A DNA stretch of 64,000 nucleotides from Callorhinchus milii (taxonomy: Eukaryota). Where the stretch lies: positions 12,710,001 to 12,774,000 of the forward strand of contig NW_024704749.1 in the NCBI RefSeq assembly GCF_018977255.1, given 5' to 3'. The notes under the pieces are model-generated. The model had not been told where the DNA came from and made no database searches. It saw only the letters and a program-made list of their open reading frames with translations. This document shows positions 1 through 14,814 of this stretch, piece after piece; positions within the stretch are counted from its first letter, which is position 1; every line of letters starts with the position of its first letter. The position numbers and the translations under genes are program-made.

Positions 1-23
1 GCCACGGAATATATAAAAGTAAT

Positions 24-225
24 ATAATAATAATCTTTGCATTTGATATAGCGCTTTTCACGTCTTCTCGACGTCTCAAAGCACTTCACAGGATAGACTG
101 TAAAGTGAATTGTCCGTGTGGGCGAAACGCGGCAGCCAATTGTGCACAGCAGCGTCCCACAAACAGTCGTGGATTGAAAATTACCAAATTTTTTTTGGTT
201 TGTTTTGGAGGGATTATTATTATTA
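24..225 (-). mobile_element. Partial SINE copy (tail and body)
   Basis: Reverse complement of the SINE 3' half; abuts the tandem repeat at 226. Confidence 0.8.
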
Positions 226-472
226 TGAATGGTTACCCAGTAACTATCTGGTTACCCAATGACTATATGGTTACCCAGTGACTATATGGTTACCCAGTAA
301 CTATATGAATGGTTACCCAGTGACTATATGGTTACCCAGTGACTACATGAATTGTTACCCAGTGACTATATGAATGGTTACCCAGTGACTACATGAATGG
401 TTACCCAGTGACTATATGGTTACCCAGTAACTATATGAATGGTTACCCAGTGACTGTATGAATGGTTACCCA
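226..472. repeat. 19-23 bp minisatellite (ATGA)ATGGTTACCCAGTRACTAT, about 12 units
   Basis: Directly visible tandem units. Confidence 0.9.
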
Positions 473-3400
473 ATGGCAAAGGCACCTCCTGGTCAGCGCT
501 AAGCCCAGTGACCTGGACACCAGCTCAAAACCATATCTCTGCTGTGTGAGTTGATCTATAATGGGATATTGCTAAAATTGGCCTCAGCGACCTGGTTATA
601 CGGAGTGAAATCAGCCAGGTTTCCAGCTCCTAGTGCCTGCTGGAGTGTGAACAGCGATGCGTGGAGATCGGGTATTGTTCCACACTCTGACAAGCCTCTG
701 GTAGAAATCTTTGCTTCTTATCCTCCCCTTTATGGTTCTAGTTATAATCTTCAATTCCTGTCTCTTATCATTGAATCAGCACTCAGTAGAAATAGCCCCT
801 CACCTCTCAAAATCTATTCATTAACCTTAACACCTCAATTGGAATAAAACTGGATTCAGTTTCTGACCTTCTGAAGTCGGTGTGAACTTAGAACTAGAAT
901 GTCTGTCTTGCCGTTTAGCTTATGACACGGAGTAAGTTATGCAGCTCACACAGGAGAGTGACTAGTGTGTCAGTCACTGTGCAGTGTTAATGCCAGGAGC
1001 CTGATGGGATCAAACAATATTAAGATGGAAATCTGAGAGTTCTTGCTTCATTACCTCCTAGATGAAGAGAAAGCCTCTTCCTTCGGTGGGAAGTTTAACC
1101 TTGGTTCATCAGAGGAAATGAGCTGGAGGAATTTAGGCCAGCACAACGTCCTCTGTTGGAATGGCTGGGTTATGGGGGTGGGGGGGGTTGCTCAGTGTAG
1201 AGAGATATGGGAGTCACAACCACGCTGATATTTACATTGATTTACATAGACTGTATCAGTCCCTGTGGTATTAAACTCCACATGACTGTCCCCCTACTCC
1301 TTACTGCTCCCTACAAACCTGCCCGCTCAACTCCGTTCATCGGGCTCCGGCCTGCTCCATGTCTCTCACCCTACCCGCTCTACCGTCGTCCCACCTCTCT
1401 GCCTTCCCTCACACCTATACCATCCCTCCTCCTCCATGCTTGGGCCCCAACACCAGCGCTTTGGGATGTCCTCCCGACGTGAAAGGCGCTCTATAAATGT
1501 TATTTTGTTGTTGTTGTTGTTTTTGTTGCTCTCCTACCCTCTGTTGCCTTGTCCCTCATATCAAGCCACTGAAGCAGGTCACGTCATGTACAGTATTTTT
1601 TAATAAGGCAGCAGAGATGAAGGTGTTTTGCCTTCACTGACAGGTTAGTGCCCTTCGAGGGGCTGCGAGTCCATGAGCAGGGTGTCTGAATCTGCAGAGT
1701 GCTTGATTCTGGTGGGGGAGAGATTAGGTCTTTGTCAGGTGTATCAAGTTAAATGTCCAACAGAAAAAAGCAGAAGTTAAAGGAAAGGACACGCAGGGCC
1801 TTTTGTAGGCTCGTATTCTGGTATCTATCGTCACTGGTGAAGGATGTAAAGGGGACTGTGTGTTGTTTGTCCAAATAAGGGAGCTTTTGTGATGGTTTGA
1901 GAAATTCAGCATACAATAGCAGTAGTTAGCAGAGATCATTCCCACCGGCTCTTGTTGAAAATTCAGGCAGTAGCACGGAGTTTCCTTTCAACCTCAAAGT
2001 AAAGCGTGCAAACACAGGAGATGGAGTAATGCAGACAACTGAATGAAAGAGGTTTTATTCAAACCTGAAGAGACATGCCAAAACCAACAGACCCTCTCCT
2101 TCCAGAGTGGAAAACACAGTCTGCCATTTAACAATGAATAGGCTAATTAATTCCAATTACTAAAGCTCAACGCCCCTGTAAGACTGTGTGTGTGTGTGTG
2201 TATGTGTTTGTTAGGAGTTGGGTTTGGATTTAGATTTAATGGTAACAGTAGTAGCAAACTGTGCCAGTCCTCCCAACTTTGTCCGAACCAATCATTTGAT
2301 CTTAGAATCTGATCTGGATGCTGCCTCGCCCACCACTCCCAGCAGCACAATGCCGGGCAGTGAGATGCAGGTGTAAGATTCTAGTCAGAAGACAGTGAAA
2401 GGGAACAGAGCAGGGAAAGAGACCCACTTTGTAACCAATTCCCTGTGGGCTTGTCTGATTTTTGTTCCAATAATAAATCAAACGGAGGGTTATTATGGTG
2501 ATTATAATTCTACACGCCACAATATAAAGCTGATTGTAAAGCAGAATTATTTTTCCGAGCTACTGGTCTGGCACTGCAATGTACAGAAAAGCACTGACCT
2601 AATTTCAGACCCTGTGTTCCAGTGTAGGAATCACAAGCAAAGCACATTCTTTCTTCCGGCTATCTGTCTCAAAAAGAAATTAATGGCGAAAGAACCACAG
2701 TGACTGAGGTGCTCAGCCATACGTCACTCATTTGCAGTGCTCTTTCTCTTACATTATATAGTTTTTTGAACCCAACTGCAGTTCAGCTGAGATTTGTGTA
2801 ATTTTTTTGAGAGAAGACTGTGGGGTTTAAAATGAAGGGTTCATTAATACTGCTAGTCACCTTTGGGGCCACTGTAATACGACTTCCTGAGTTTCACTGT
2901 GTACGAGACCAGTGACTGAGCAGTCAGTGACACACACTAGGCCAGCCCAGGGCAAGAGCAGCAAAGCCTGGGCTGATGGGAGGCACTCAGCAACAGCAAG
3001 AATAATCATTCACAATACATCTTCCCAAACATCTCAGAATCTTGGATCCTGTGTTCGATCCCCTCTTAACCTTCGCTGTTCCAGTGAAATGAGACTCAAT
3101 GGTTCAGGTCTCTCCTCAAAGCTATAGCCTCTCACCCTGGCATCATGGTGTGAACGTATGTTGCAGATTCTCCTTGCCTCCAATGTCATCCATTACCTCC
3201 TGTCTTTCCTTGGTTAATTTTTGCCCCAAAAGAATCCTCCTTCCTCACAGAGTCTTGTCAACAGTCTGATACTGCACACTTCTCTGTAGTGCTTATTTGG
3301 CAAGGAAAGGGTTAATGGCATTGGAGTATGAGAAACCATTCTTGGAAACATGTAGGAGCAAAACTCTTCAAATAACTATAATGAAGAGTGAGCGCAGTGA

Positions 3401-4299
3401 GGGATGAAGAGACAAAGTGAGACAGAGATGAAAGAGGGGAGAGAATAATTTATTTGACCTATTATACCTACCAATTTGTTACAATTCTTTCCCCCTGACA
3501 GTCAGCCTGAAGCAGACACACCCAACTCTCTGTGCCGCAATCTGCCAGCAAGTTTGGGCATTTATTTCAGTAACTCCCAGACACAGCTCGCCATGATTAC
3601 AGAGGAGAACTCAACTGCACAGACTGGGGTACACACAGCACTAGTGGTGAGGACACTGAGGTACACACAGTCAGGGCTGGTGGTGAGGACACTGAGGTAC
3701 AGTCAGGCTTGAGATAGTGCTGTGGAGGCACTGCAGACTGTTGCACAGAATCAGTACAATTCAAGTTACACTTTCTTAATTAAGACTCTTGAGTTCCACA
3801 CAAAATAAAAACAAATCACTGCTGTGGCTGACAGACCAGTCAGACTAAGCTCTTCTTTTGTGTATCTAAACTCGCTGGGTGATGTCTTCAATGGGCTATT
3901 ATTTTCTCCACTGAAGAATAGACTCATTAAACAGCACCACAAAGGCTTGATATTGCTCACAGGACCTAGGGGAGTTTTTTGAATGCTAACACTGCATTAG
4001 TTTGCTGGACTGCATTAATGTCTACACCAACTTGCATTCTGGTGAAACGCTCACTAATCTTGAATTAGTGACTGAAAATAAAAAGCTTGGTGTATTCCAA
4101 GCTTGCCTTTTGGAAATGAACAGTGAAAATTAGCATTAATATCTGATCCCGAGTAGGTTAATTTGATTTCAATGGTTTCATTCAATATTCAGGGAAGATA
4201 AAGAAGTACTTACAGAATCATTCTCCCGTAGGAGAGAATGATTAATGCATTAAAAACATAATATTTAAAAATTCAATACATATTCAATCGTGTCATTGG

Positions 4300-4542
4300 T
4301 AACTTCATTTTTTCACACAAAGGGTAGTGAAAATCTGGACCTCTCTCCCTCCCCTGAAAAGCTGTGATTGCTGGATCCTGCACATTTTCAAGACTGAGGT
4401 GGATAGATAGTTAGGTCAGGGTATCAAAGGATATGGGCTCAGGGGTGGGTAATTGGAATTGAGGTACAGATCAGCCATGATCTAATAGAAAGGCAGAACA
4501 GGCTCGAGGGGCTGAATGGCCACCTTCTGCTCCTATGTTCCT
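4300..4542 (+). mobile_element. CR1-clade LINE 3' end (older copy)
   Basis: Same terminal motif (ggctcgaggggctgaatggc...ctcctatgttcct) as 4878-5160. Confidence 0.75.
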
Positions 4543-4877
4543 GACAAAGCAAAGTCTCAGCAGCCACTCTGAGTAAGATTTGCCGTTTGCCGTTTGAGAA
4601 ATAATTGACAGGACATATAGTTACTGGCTGACAAGCTACAACAACAACAACAACAAGATTCCATTTATAAAGCGCCTTTCACGTCAGGAGGACGTCCCAA
4701 GGCGCTGTAATAGCTACAATCGTTATATTCCTAACCTCTGATACAACGAGAGACCAGGAAACAGAGGAGCGTGTATTATACATATTGCCGCGGGGGGGGG
4801 CACTGAAGCAGTAACCATGACAGATTACAGCGGGCTGGAACACTCATCTCACCTACTCTCCTCTGTCTGCCAAGTGG

Positions 4878-5160
4878 GGTCATAGTCTCACGATTAAGGG
4901 TCAGTCTTTTTGAACTGAGTTGAGGAAACATTTCTTCACTCAGAGGGTAGTGAATTTGTGGAATTCTCTACCCCAGAAGGCTGTGGATGCTCAGTCTTTG
5001 AACATATTTAAGACTGAGGTTGATAGATTTCTGAAGTATAGAGGGATTAAGGGATATGGGGATAGGGTGGGTAAATGGAATTAGGTTAGAAGATCAGCCA
5101 TGATCTTATTGAACGGCGGGGCAGGCTCGAAGGGCCGAATGGCCCACTCCTGCTCCTAGG
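4878..5160 (+). mobile_element. CR1-clade LINE 3' end
   Basis: RKHFFTQRVVNLWNSLPQKAVDAQSLNIFKTEVDRFL, then a 3'UTR ending ...ggcaggctcgaagggccgaatggcccactcctgctcct. Confidence 0.85.
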
Positions 5161-5542
5161 TCTGTACACACTTAACATCTTCCCCATCTGCGGATCAGGA
5201 GTGATTTGTCTCCTAATTGGGTCATGCAATCCACGACAATTTGTGGAACACTGCTGTGCGCAGTTGGTTGCTACATTTCACCCACAAACATACAGTCGAT
5301 TCACTTTACAGTACATTCTGTGAAATGCATTGCGACGTCTCGAAGACTTGATAAGGCAATATTTCAAATGCACGGATTATTATTTTGACTTGTGTTTGAG
5401 TTTAAAGCCCTGGAGTTTAAGAGTCCAAAATGGCTGCACCGCATGGCTGATAGAAAACATAACAACTCCCCCCCAGTGCCAAACCAGCCGTGGTTATTAA
5501 TAATTGTTAATGGTTAGTAATGGGAAGAAATACATTACTTAC

Positions 5543-5723
5543 TTTTTTGGTCTGTAGTCTGGTATGGATCTGTCCAGAGAGATCCTGTCGCTGAGCTGAG
5601 CGTTATAGCCATAATCTTCATATTTTGTGTCAAACTCATGGCTGTCGTCCCTCAGAGTGGCAGCCATTCCTCCCTGACCCACTCCTCCTGGTCCTTCCAC
5701 CAGCCCCATTGGCTTAGCAAGAC
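5543..5723 (-). CDS. GALNT9: GALNT9 coding exon 2; the gene continues beyond the left edge
   Basis: (G)LAKPMGLVEGPGGVGQGGMAATLRDDSHEFDTKYEDYGYNAQLSDRISLDRSIPDYRPK. tttag acceptor, gtaagt donor, phase fits exon 1, 181 nt. Confidence 0.93.
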
Positions 5724-8700
5724 CTAAACACAACAGCATGCACATGGGTTAGCCACTCACCATACTGAAGGATAACCAAGGGCTTGTCTGTAGCCATGGG
5801 GGAAAGAGAAGGATATAAAAGGGCAGAAACTGGGAAAGTGCAGGGTGTAGGGGGGAGCATTACAATCATTGGCTCCAGGTTGGAATCAGAGCCAAACAGC
5901 CTCCTGAGCTGTCATTTCTCTGATTTGTGAGGTCTGAAAACCAGCTCAGACTCTGTCTTCTCGCTTAACATTGTTTCTGTGCATCAGTGGGGCGTGAGGG
6001 GCTTTGGCTGAACACTTGAAGCTACACAGAAGAGTCAAATAATTAGTCAGAAAGCAGCAAGCACTTTAAAGCTATTTGGTGTTTGACTTGTAGTAAAGGT
6101 TTGTCCTTAGCTGGGCGTCAGCACTGCTTGTATCCTGAACCACAACACAACCAACTATAGCCAGCTCAGCCCAGCCCAGCAGCAGAGTGACTGCGGGCAG
6201 CAACGTGCAAACAAATCTCCAGACTGGCTCCCACTCCACCCAGTTAGCCACCGGTGACTGAGACCCTGACCAGAACATATCCATATTAAAAGTTGAATTG
6301 CAGTGATTTTCAGTTCACTTTGCTGTGTATTACACACGCACTCCCGGTTAGGTGTCAAGCTGCTTGATTTGATGTACAGTATTTTCAAAAGCTACAGAGG
6401 GTTTTTTGAAGGTAACTTCAGGGTTGTTGTCCTTGTAAATACCCAGAGAAATGGCCTCCTCCCCCTCTGGGTTCTGTCAGTCACACTGAGACAGCTCAGA
6501 CATAACACGCAGTGCAAGTAAATTAATTTCTCCCAAATGCAACATAAATATAGTTATTTTTCTTTCACCTATGTTTACCTTGACCTTCAGTGTGTAGTGT
6601 GTCAACACAGCCATGCTCTACACTGGCCATCCCAATCTCAGCACAAACTGTTTCACTCTTGGCTCAGGAAGAACTACAACATTGTGTAAAGCTCTTAAAT
6701 AGTTTCTGTACTATTTCCTTAACAACAGATTGTTTTGGAAAAAAAGGGCTAGATACCGCTATAGTTTTATTGTTGGTCTTTTCACTGTATGAATTTTCAT
6801 AGACCTATCGCACTCTCACTCATGTGGTTTGGATACCTTTTGAGCACAGTGATGGCTTCCCCCACCCCCCGGTCTGTGCCAGACACCTGGTATGGGTGGG
6901 GGAAACAACACATGGGGTGGGGGATTGAGCTATCTGTGTTTGTCAGCCGCCTACACACAGAGCCCCTCTCCAGATAATAATACGTTTAAGGTTGTGGTGG
7001 TTTGAAGTCAGACTAACTCTGGCGCTTTGGCTGTGTGTTGAAGTTAATCTTCTGTGATCCAGGGTGAGGATTGCCAGCACTCATCCACTCCCCCCTACAC
7101 CAACCTCCTCTCACATCCTCGCCAGTCCAGCGTAGCCTGGCCTCCATACACAATCCCCAGAGTGACCCTCACCCTCTCCAATCACTCAGGCACACACTGC
7201 ACAGATCTACCCAACAGGGTAGATGGCATTAGTGGCACCTGAATAGGCACACATAGCACCTTGGATTCACCTATAGACCATATTTTGTCATGGTTAACCC
7301 AGCAGCTTGCCTGTCCTCAAAACAATATGCTGTTATCTTTACGTTTACCCATCACCCGAGGGGTGTGCTACAGACTGCACAATGCTCTTCCCCCACTCCA
7401 TTGCCCCCAGCACTGCACTGCAGTGTCTGTCTGACTGAGCTCAGGCTTGGTGCAACTGCTAACACCTTTTTCTTTCAGTTCCTGTGAGAGAGCTGGTAGG
7501 ACAGGCTTCACATCACCCAAAGTCAAAAAATAAATTGAGTATTACTGGGAGGGTTTCTGGTATGTGCTCGGCGATGTTTCTCATGTGTCTGGCATTTGTT
7601 TTGTGGGTACCTAGCGTGTGTTTTGTGGGTGCCTGGCGTGTGTTTGGCGTGTGTTCGGCGGGTGCCTGGCGAGTGTTTTGCATGCACTCTGTGATGGTGC
7701 TGGGTGGGTAAATGTAAAAATAACAGAATATATTTTCGGGGACAGGCAACCTACTGGGTTAAGTTTTACAAAATACAGTCAATCAGGAGAAATTCCAGGG
7801 TTGAGATGTGTCTGTGAGACATGGCATGGTCTGCCTGTGAGATGGTAGAAGGGCATATCTTCTATACACGGAGTGAGGGACGTATTGTCAGGCAATTCTG
7901 CAAACAGCAACACTGTCAAATGCAAAGGATAGGAACTCACTTTAGATAGCAAGGTTCTTTGTGATCATCAAGCATAAAGCTCCCATCTGTTTCACAACCA
8001 TCCATCTTTATGTGAGAAACCTCATTTCCAATTGATATATTTAGCCTCAATGACATGCTGCCCCAGGTAACAACAAGCCCACATGCCAGAGCACATTAAC
8101 ATCAGTCTGTGTCAGTGTCAATGCCAATCTCAGTGTTTGTCCTTCAGTGAGTTTTATGAGGAATCCAACAATAAAAAGGTTACCAGCTGGCAAAATTCTA
8201 AACTTGTTACCTGAGAATTGCTCAGATGTGATGTGAGGAAACCTGGACACCAGATCATTGACAATTTATTTATAAAGTTTGTTGTTTGCAGGATAGCATT
8301 TCACAGCGCTTCTCAGTGGCTGCGTTAGATACTGAGCAAGGGGGAAGGGAGAAGACAAGGTGACCATAGGCACGGTCAAAGAGGTGTGTCTTCAGGTGGG
8401 ATTTAAAAGATCACAAGTGTAGAAAGCATTTTGCATATAATATTGAAATTAATTTCCTACAAATCATTATCGTAAACTAATAGAAGTCTAGTGGCTCGTA
8501 TCATGTTAAACAGAACAACAACCACTGGCAGTTAAGCCTTTGACTCACCAGCTATAACATGGGCCACATTCAATCTAATGTTCACTTCAAAAGGGACGGA
8601 ATTTCACTTCAGGAAGATGTTAAAGATCCCACGCCACTACTCAAAAAGAGAAAGGAGTTTCTCCCAGTGTCCTGGCAACATTCTCCCAGATAAAACTGCT

Positions 8701-10281
8701 TGTTAGCATCAAGGTTGTTTCTGGGACATCACTGTAAGCACTGTGATCCAGACAGACACTGCTCGCTTTTACAGCCTCCAAACCCTGTGCCCACAGCACT
8801 TTGCTTCTGTTTGGTTATCTGGACTAATAGTGCTGACGGGAGATGTGAGTCGAGAGGAGAGAACGTGAAAGATATATTTCTCTAAAAATATGCAAATCTA
8901 TTCAATACAGAGGCTGAATAGCAGGTGTAATTTACTGGAGGATAAACAGGTCGATTGAAGGAATTGAGATTGTTGCAGATTGACTGGTCAAAGCTCAATT
9001 ACCAGGTACATTTCATCAGGTATCCAATACAGCTTCAATGTGAATTTAATGTTAGCACCGTGGCAAAGCGTTTCAATGTATTTGCAAAAGCGGATTAAAC
9101 GGTCAATGGCAAACACCCCACACATGCCTAGCACAGCGCTGGGCCTCACGGTTACAGAATATCCCTCCCGCTCGGCACTGGGTGACCTGGTCACAGCCCA
9201 GAGAACAGTGTCTGGCTGCTGATCATTGTGCTGCAGGGCAATAATAATAATAGAATCCTTGGCATTTGATATCACGTTGTTGAGACGTCTCACAGCGCTT
9301 CACAGGATACACTGTAAAGTGCATTGACTGTGTATTTTGTGGCCAAATAAAATACGAATAATACTTGCCTTTCACAACAGGAGATTGGTTCAAAATCCTT
9401 CACAGGATTAACTGTAAAGTGTAGTGACTGTGGATCAAGCCCATCCTCTATTCAGCACATCACCTGATAATTACTCAATAATTACCCCTAAAATTCCCAT
9501 TTCCAATCTTGTAATCCGCCCCGCTAATACCTGCCCCTATTACTCTGAATGCCTCTCTCACTCAGATATCAGTCTTGTCCAGGGATATTGTGTATAGCAT
9601 ATGGCATTCATGGAATGACATAAACATTGGCCATCAATAACTACACATCTTATGTTAATCCTATTGCACTGTGAGATTTCAAATGAAAGGCAGAAACACA
9701 GTACAAATCAGTGGTGTTCAATGGTATTCATTAGTCTAGCACATTTTGCATTCCAATCAAAATGCCGGAGTGTGATGTGAATCAGGATCTGCCGGGATTG
9801 TGTCAGGCCCGGAGTATATTGTATCAGAATTTGCATAACTTAACAATTCTTTATATCACACTGTGTCCAGATGATTGTCAGATAGACCACAACATACTTC
9901 TGACTGTTCAGGTTTGCATATGCGGGGGGGAAAGCTTCATTAAAAGCATGTGAGCACTTCATGACTGAAACAGCTTTGTCACAACCATAGTCAGGACTGA
10001 GTGCCAGCAGCTGAATCAATAGCCCCACACAGTCCAGCAGGGTTTGGATTACAAACAGACTGTCAGGAGAATGGATGATCTGCTCAGAGCGAGATAGACC
10101 CAGCTCCAGCTTTACCATCCTCTTACACTGTGTCCTGGCCTCAACCACCCATTCCAGTTGCTATTGCCCCATTTCTGTGTGACGAACTCTGCTTGCTTTA
10201 CACATTCATCTGCAAGATACTCAGTCACTACACTTGACAGAAACTACAGCGAAGCACTTTGAGACATTTCGATGTGATAAT

Positions 10282-10482
10282 CCCTCCAAAACAAAACAAA
10301 AATAAATTGGTCATTTTCAATCCACGACTGTTTGTGGGACACTGCTGTGCGCAATTGGCTGCCGCGCTTCGCCGACAAATATACGGTCAATTCACTTTAC
10401 AGTCTATTCTGTGAAGCGCTTTGAGATGTCGAGAAGACATGAGAAGTGCTACATCAAATGCCAGGATTATTATCATTATTAT
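10282..10482 (+). mobile_element. Partial SINE copy
   Basis: Matches the SINE body and tail. Confidence 0.8.
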
Positions 10483-11014
10483 TTTAAAAGCAAGGATTAT
10501 GATAACATGTCTGCGATGTGTGACACAGTAAACATAATAAAATAATTGCATTTGATACAGTGCCTTATCATATTTTTTGAGACGTCGCAAAGCACTTCCC
10601 AGAATATACTGTAAAGTATAGTAACTGTGTATTTTGTGGGTGAAACATAGGGATCAGATGGCCGACCATAAAGGTGACCTTGTATTTGCCAATTTGCGGA
10701 TCTCCTCCCTGACTCCTGTCTGGTTAGATATTTGTCTGATGCTTTGTAATTATTATAAGAGATTATTTAAAGGGTAGATGGACAGACTGACCAAACGCTA
10801 GATCTTGCAGACAGCAAGTGACTGGGAGGAGAAACTGGAAAAAGACAGGAAGACAAGCAGCATCTGTCACACAAACAGAGGCAGTCAGCCTGGGGAAATG
10901 GCAGGGAAAAGTCAGAATCAATATTGCTCACTTTCTCAGACACACAGTTCCCACACGTCTAACAGACAGTAATGGTCTCTTTATATTGGTTGTGATGCTG
11001 TCGAGGTATCAGTC

Positions 11015-11385
11015 TGCTCAGTAGTAGCGCTCTCACCTCTGAATCAGAAGGTTGTGGGTTCAAGTCCCGCATTGGGATTTTCAACTCATAGTCTAGTCTG
11101 CCACTCCGATGCAGTGATGGGGGTGTGCTGCATTGTCAAAAGTGGCGTCCTTTGGATGAGATGTTAAACCAAGCTCCCATCTCATCTGCGGCGCTGGAGA
11201 GAAGTGGGTTGTTGGCTGACAATTCCCCCAAATAGGATTGATCCTTCATTTCATGCCTGTTTGTGGGACGTTGCTGTTTGCCCACAAATGCACAGTCACT
11301 ACACTTCACAGTAAAATCCTGTGAAACGCTTTGGACATCTCCACAATATAAGGCTCTATATCAAATGCAAGGATTATTATTTTAT
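11015..11385 (+). mobile_element. Older tRNA-headed DeuSINE-like element
   Basis: tRNA-like head (gctcagtagtagcgctctcacctctgaatcagaaggttgtgggttcaagtcc), Deu-domain-like core (gtgctgcattgtc...ggatgagatgttaaacc) and L2-type tail; family assigned from memory. Confidence 0.6.
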
Positions 11386-14132
11386 TAAAAAAAACAAATG
11401 AAAAATGCTTGTGAGAAGAAGGATTTCCAGAGGAGCCTTAAGATTCCAGAGAGCCTGCACTGTTCTGCTAAATAAATACGTGTCAAATTAGATTATAAAA
11501 TCTATTCACATTCCTTTAGAATGTTGTTAGATTCCATCTTTCGGCACTCAAGGAAGAAAATCAATATTTGGGTGCATTATGAGGTGCTCTGAAGGTCTTT
11601 TTACAGTGGATTATTTGTGGGAGACAGGGTTTTTAATGTAAAGCAATAATGCGTGCCTACCCTGACCCTAGTACGTGTATAATAAATAATTACAATAAAT
11701 AATCCTTACAATTGATATAGTGCCTTTCACATTGGGAGGATATCTCAAAGTGCTTCACAGAATCTCCTATAAAGTGCAGTGTCTATTTTTGTCGGTGACT
11801 GGCCACTCCCTGTGCAGCCGGCCAATCCTCACTGAACCACAGAAGGTGGTTCTCCAGTGAGGCGTCTTACAACACAATACAATACACCATTACATTTGTA
11901 TAGCACAGAAGAGACTGACTGCCAGATGTTTATTAACCTCTGTACAGTTCAGCCACAAGGTCTTCCCAGAGGGTCAGGAGATACAATGGACTGATAGTCT
12001 AGAATTAATACACTAACCTAATCTCATTGCTCATCTCCATCAATGTTTCTTCTGGTGTAAAGAGTGAACGACAGCTGAATGTAAAAGCAAATGGAAGTGC
12101 TGTGTGTACGATAACGCAAGGGCCGGGTGGGGAGAGATGTGAGGCAGGTGGAGTGGGAGGTGGAGCAGGAAATCTGTGGGTCTGTGTAGCTTTATAATGT
12201 AAGTATGCACAAGGTTGGAGGACAGTGTTGGCCTCGGTTCTCATACAACCAGAGCATTCATGTCTGATCTGGATTTATGAATGAGCAATCCATTCAGTGA
12301 AACCTCCTTCTTCCCTATACTCCCCCTGCAAATTATTCACAGTGTACAGGGTGTTGATGAGGACACAGTTTTAGAGTGTCAAAAGACAAACTCCCGGTGT
12401 CCTGGCCAACAAATCCCCAGATAAAATTGGTCACTCATTCCATTGCTGTTTGTGGGACATTGCTACATGCAAATTGGCTGCCAAGTTTGCTGACAAAATA
12501 CACAGCGACTGAATGTTACAGTAAATGCTGTCAAGTACTTGAGCCAAGCTCCTGAAGTGAAAGACATTGAACCAGGGATGATTGTTATTAGTACAGTATT
12601 ACCTGTAGGTTACCACAGGCAGCAAGGCTTTACTGGCTGCCATGTAGGTTTAGCATATTGATGCCAGGCTATGGCAATACACCAGTTCCTGGAACACTCT
12701 TGAGTTTGCGGGAAATTATTGAGAGAGTAATGTTCCCATAACTGCTGATGTAGAATGATAGCACTGCCACAATTGCTCTCACTGCAATTTAATGGTCCAA
12801 CTGATGGGATTCAGATTCTGCTGAGATATATGTTATTCAGCTGACATTACAACCAGCAAATTCTTACCACCCTGACATATCATCCTCTCTTTACTATTCG
12901 TCACGCCTTACAATATATAACAGCTTCCCAGGAAACACTGGAGTTTAATATAAATGCAGGTAAAATTGAGGAAACATGAAACGGCCAATATTGCAGCACG
13001 GGAACAAATCAGCCGTGAGTTTCCAGGTCACTGGCTTCCCGCAGGATCCCTTTTTACTCAAATTACAGGCTTGGCAAATACCATCATCACTCCCTAAGAC
13101 ACCTCTATCGACCATCCTCTCTGCTCAGCCCCTTCATGCCAGAAATCCAATAAGCTTTTTAAATCAAAACATGGAAATTGTAGGAAACCTTCAAAAAAAT
13201 ATCCAATGGCTTCCTGTATTGATCAAAGGCAATCTGCACACAGCAGCCCAGCTCATCGCATGCTAACTTGAAATATTAGCACAGGAGAATTTAAATAAGG
13301 TGAGAGGCACAAGGAAGCACTGAATGCAACTTGGTCATCTCAAAGAGCAAATAATTTAAATGCAATACAATAAAAAATTACACTTATATAGCGCCTTTCA
13401 TATGGGGGGGGGGGTGTGGGCGCAAAATAAATGTGTGCAGAGAGGGTATCTTCCTGTTGAAAACTGAACCACTCTTCTCTGTTTCAAAGCCATGATAAGG
13501 CGCCTTATCAAACACAAGGATTATTAGTATTATTTTTTACATCGGAAAAAGCCAACACTAGAAAGGTTGAAAGGTGAATTCAGTCTGTAATAAACGGCTC
13601 GGGCAGGAATACTAATAACTGCTAAACTGGAATGTATCTGACATCCACATTTCAATGTCCGCTAATCGCAACCACCAATTATAGAGAGCAGCAGCAGTGG
13701 GAACTCACCGCTCACCTCAGCCACCGATTCACTTCAGTTCATCCAAAATGAGACCATAGCGATCATTCTCATATCTCCTCAAACAACAAACAGACGCCCT
13801 ACAGTGCAGCCTCGCGGATTCCCAGCGGACATGACATTAACACAGCCCACGGGCTGCTCTCTCGCTGTGTTTAACTTCAAACGCATCAAAAGCTAAATAC
13901 CGGTCTTTAAAACTGGTGCCTGAATGCGGGTAAACGGTCACCACTTGTTCCCCAGTGACTGGGCACAGGATGTGGGTACAGAGCCCAGAGCTGTGCTGAT
14001 TATCACAGCCGTGTGTGGGAGTTAACTGCTCACTCCTGACTCATTGCTCTGTATATCTGCACATTTATTATTATTTTCAAATCGTTGGAGGTCAGAACAA
14101 GTGCAGGAAAGCAAAGCACAGCGAGCGATCAA

Positions 14133-14760
14133 CAGCCTCAGACACAGGCACAGCCTCAGACACAGCCACAGACACAGCCTCAGGCACAGACACAGCCTCA
14201 GGCACAGACACAGCCTCAGACACAGGCACAGCCTCAGACACAGCCTCAGACACAGCCTCAGACACAGCCTCAGACACAGCCTCAGACACAGCCACAGCCT
14301 CAGACACAGCCACAGCCTCAGACACAGACACAGCCACAGCCTCAGACACAGCCACAGCCTCAGACACAGCCTCAGACACAGCCACAGCCTCAGACACAGC
14401 CACAGCCTCAGACACAGCCACAGCCTCAGACACAGCCTCAGACACAGCCTCAGACACAGCCTCAGACACAGACACAGCCTCAGACACAGACACAGCCTCA
14501 GACTCGCTCACCAGCAAAACTTGTTGTAGTTACAATAAAATCCCGGCTTCCGAACACCCCAACCCCACAACACCCCCAGCCCCCCAGTGTCAGCCTGTGC
14601 CCCCACAACACCCCCAGCCCCCCAGTGTCAGCCTGTGCCCCCACAACACCCCCAGCCCCCCAGTGTCAGCCTGTGCCCCCACAACACCCCCAGCCCCCCA
14701 GTGTCAGCCTGTGCCCCCACAACACCCCCAGCCCCCCAGTGTCAGCCTGTGCCCCACAAC
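14133..14760. repeat. Hexamer-based CACAGC/CTCAGA repeat (14133-14502) followed by a 39-bp minisatellite x5 (about 14560-14760)
   Basis: Visible periodicity; source of the SDTA/QPQT/HSLR ORFs. Confidence 0.9.
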
Positions 14761-14814
14761 ATACACATGAGAACCCACCCGAGCACACGGGGCACAGAGA
14801 CAGAGACGGGTTAC

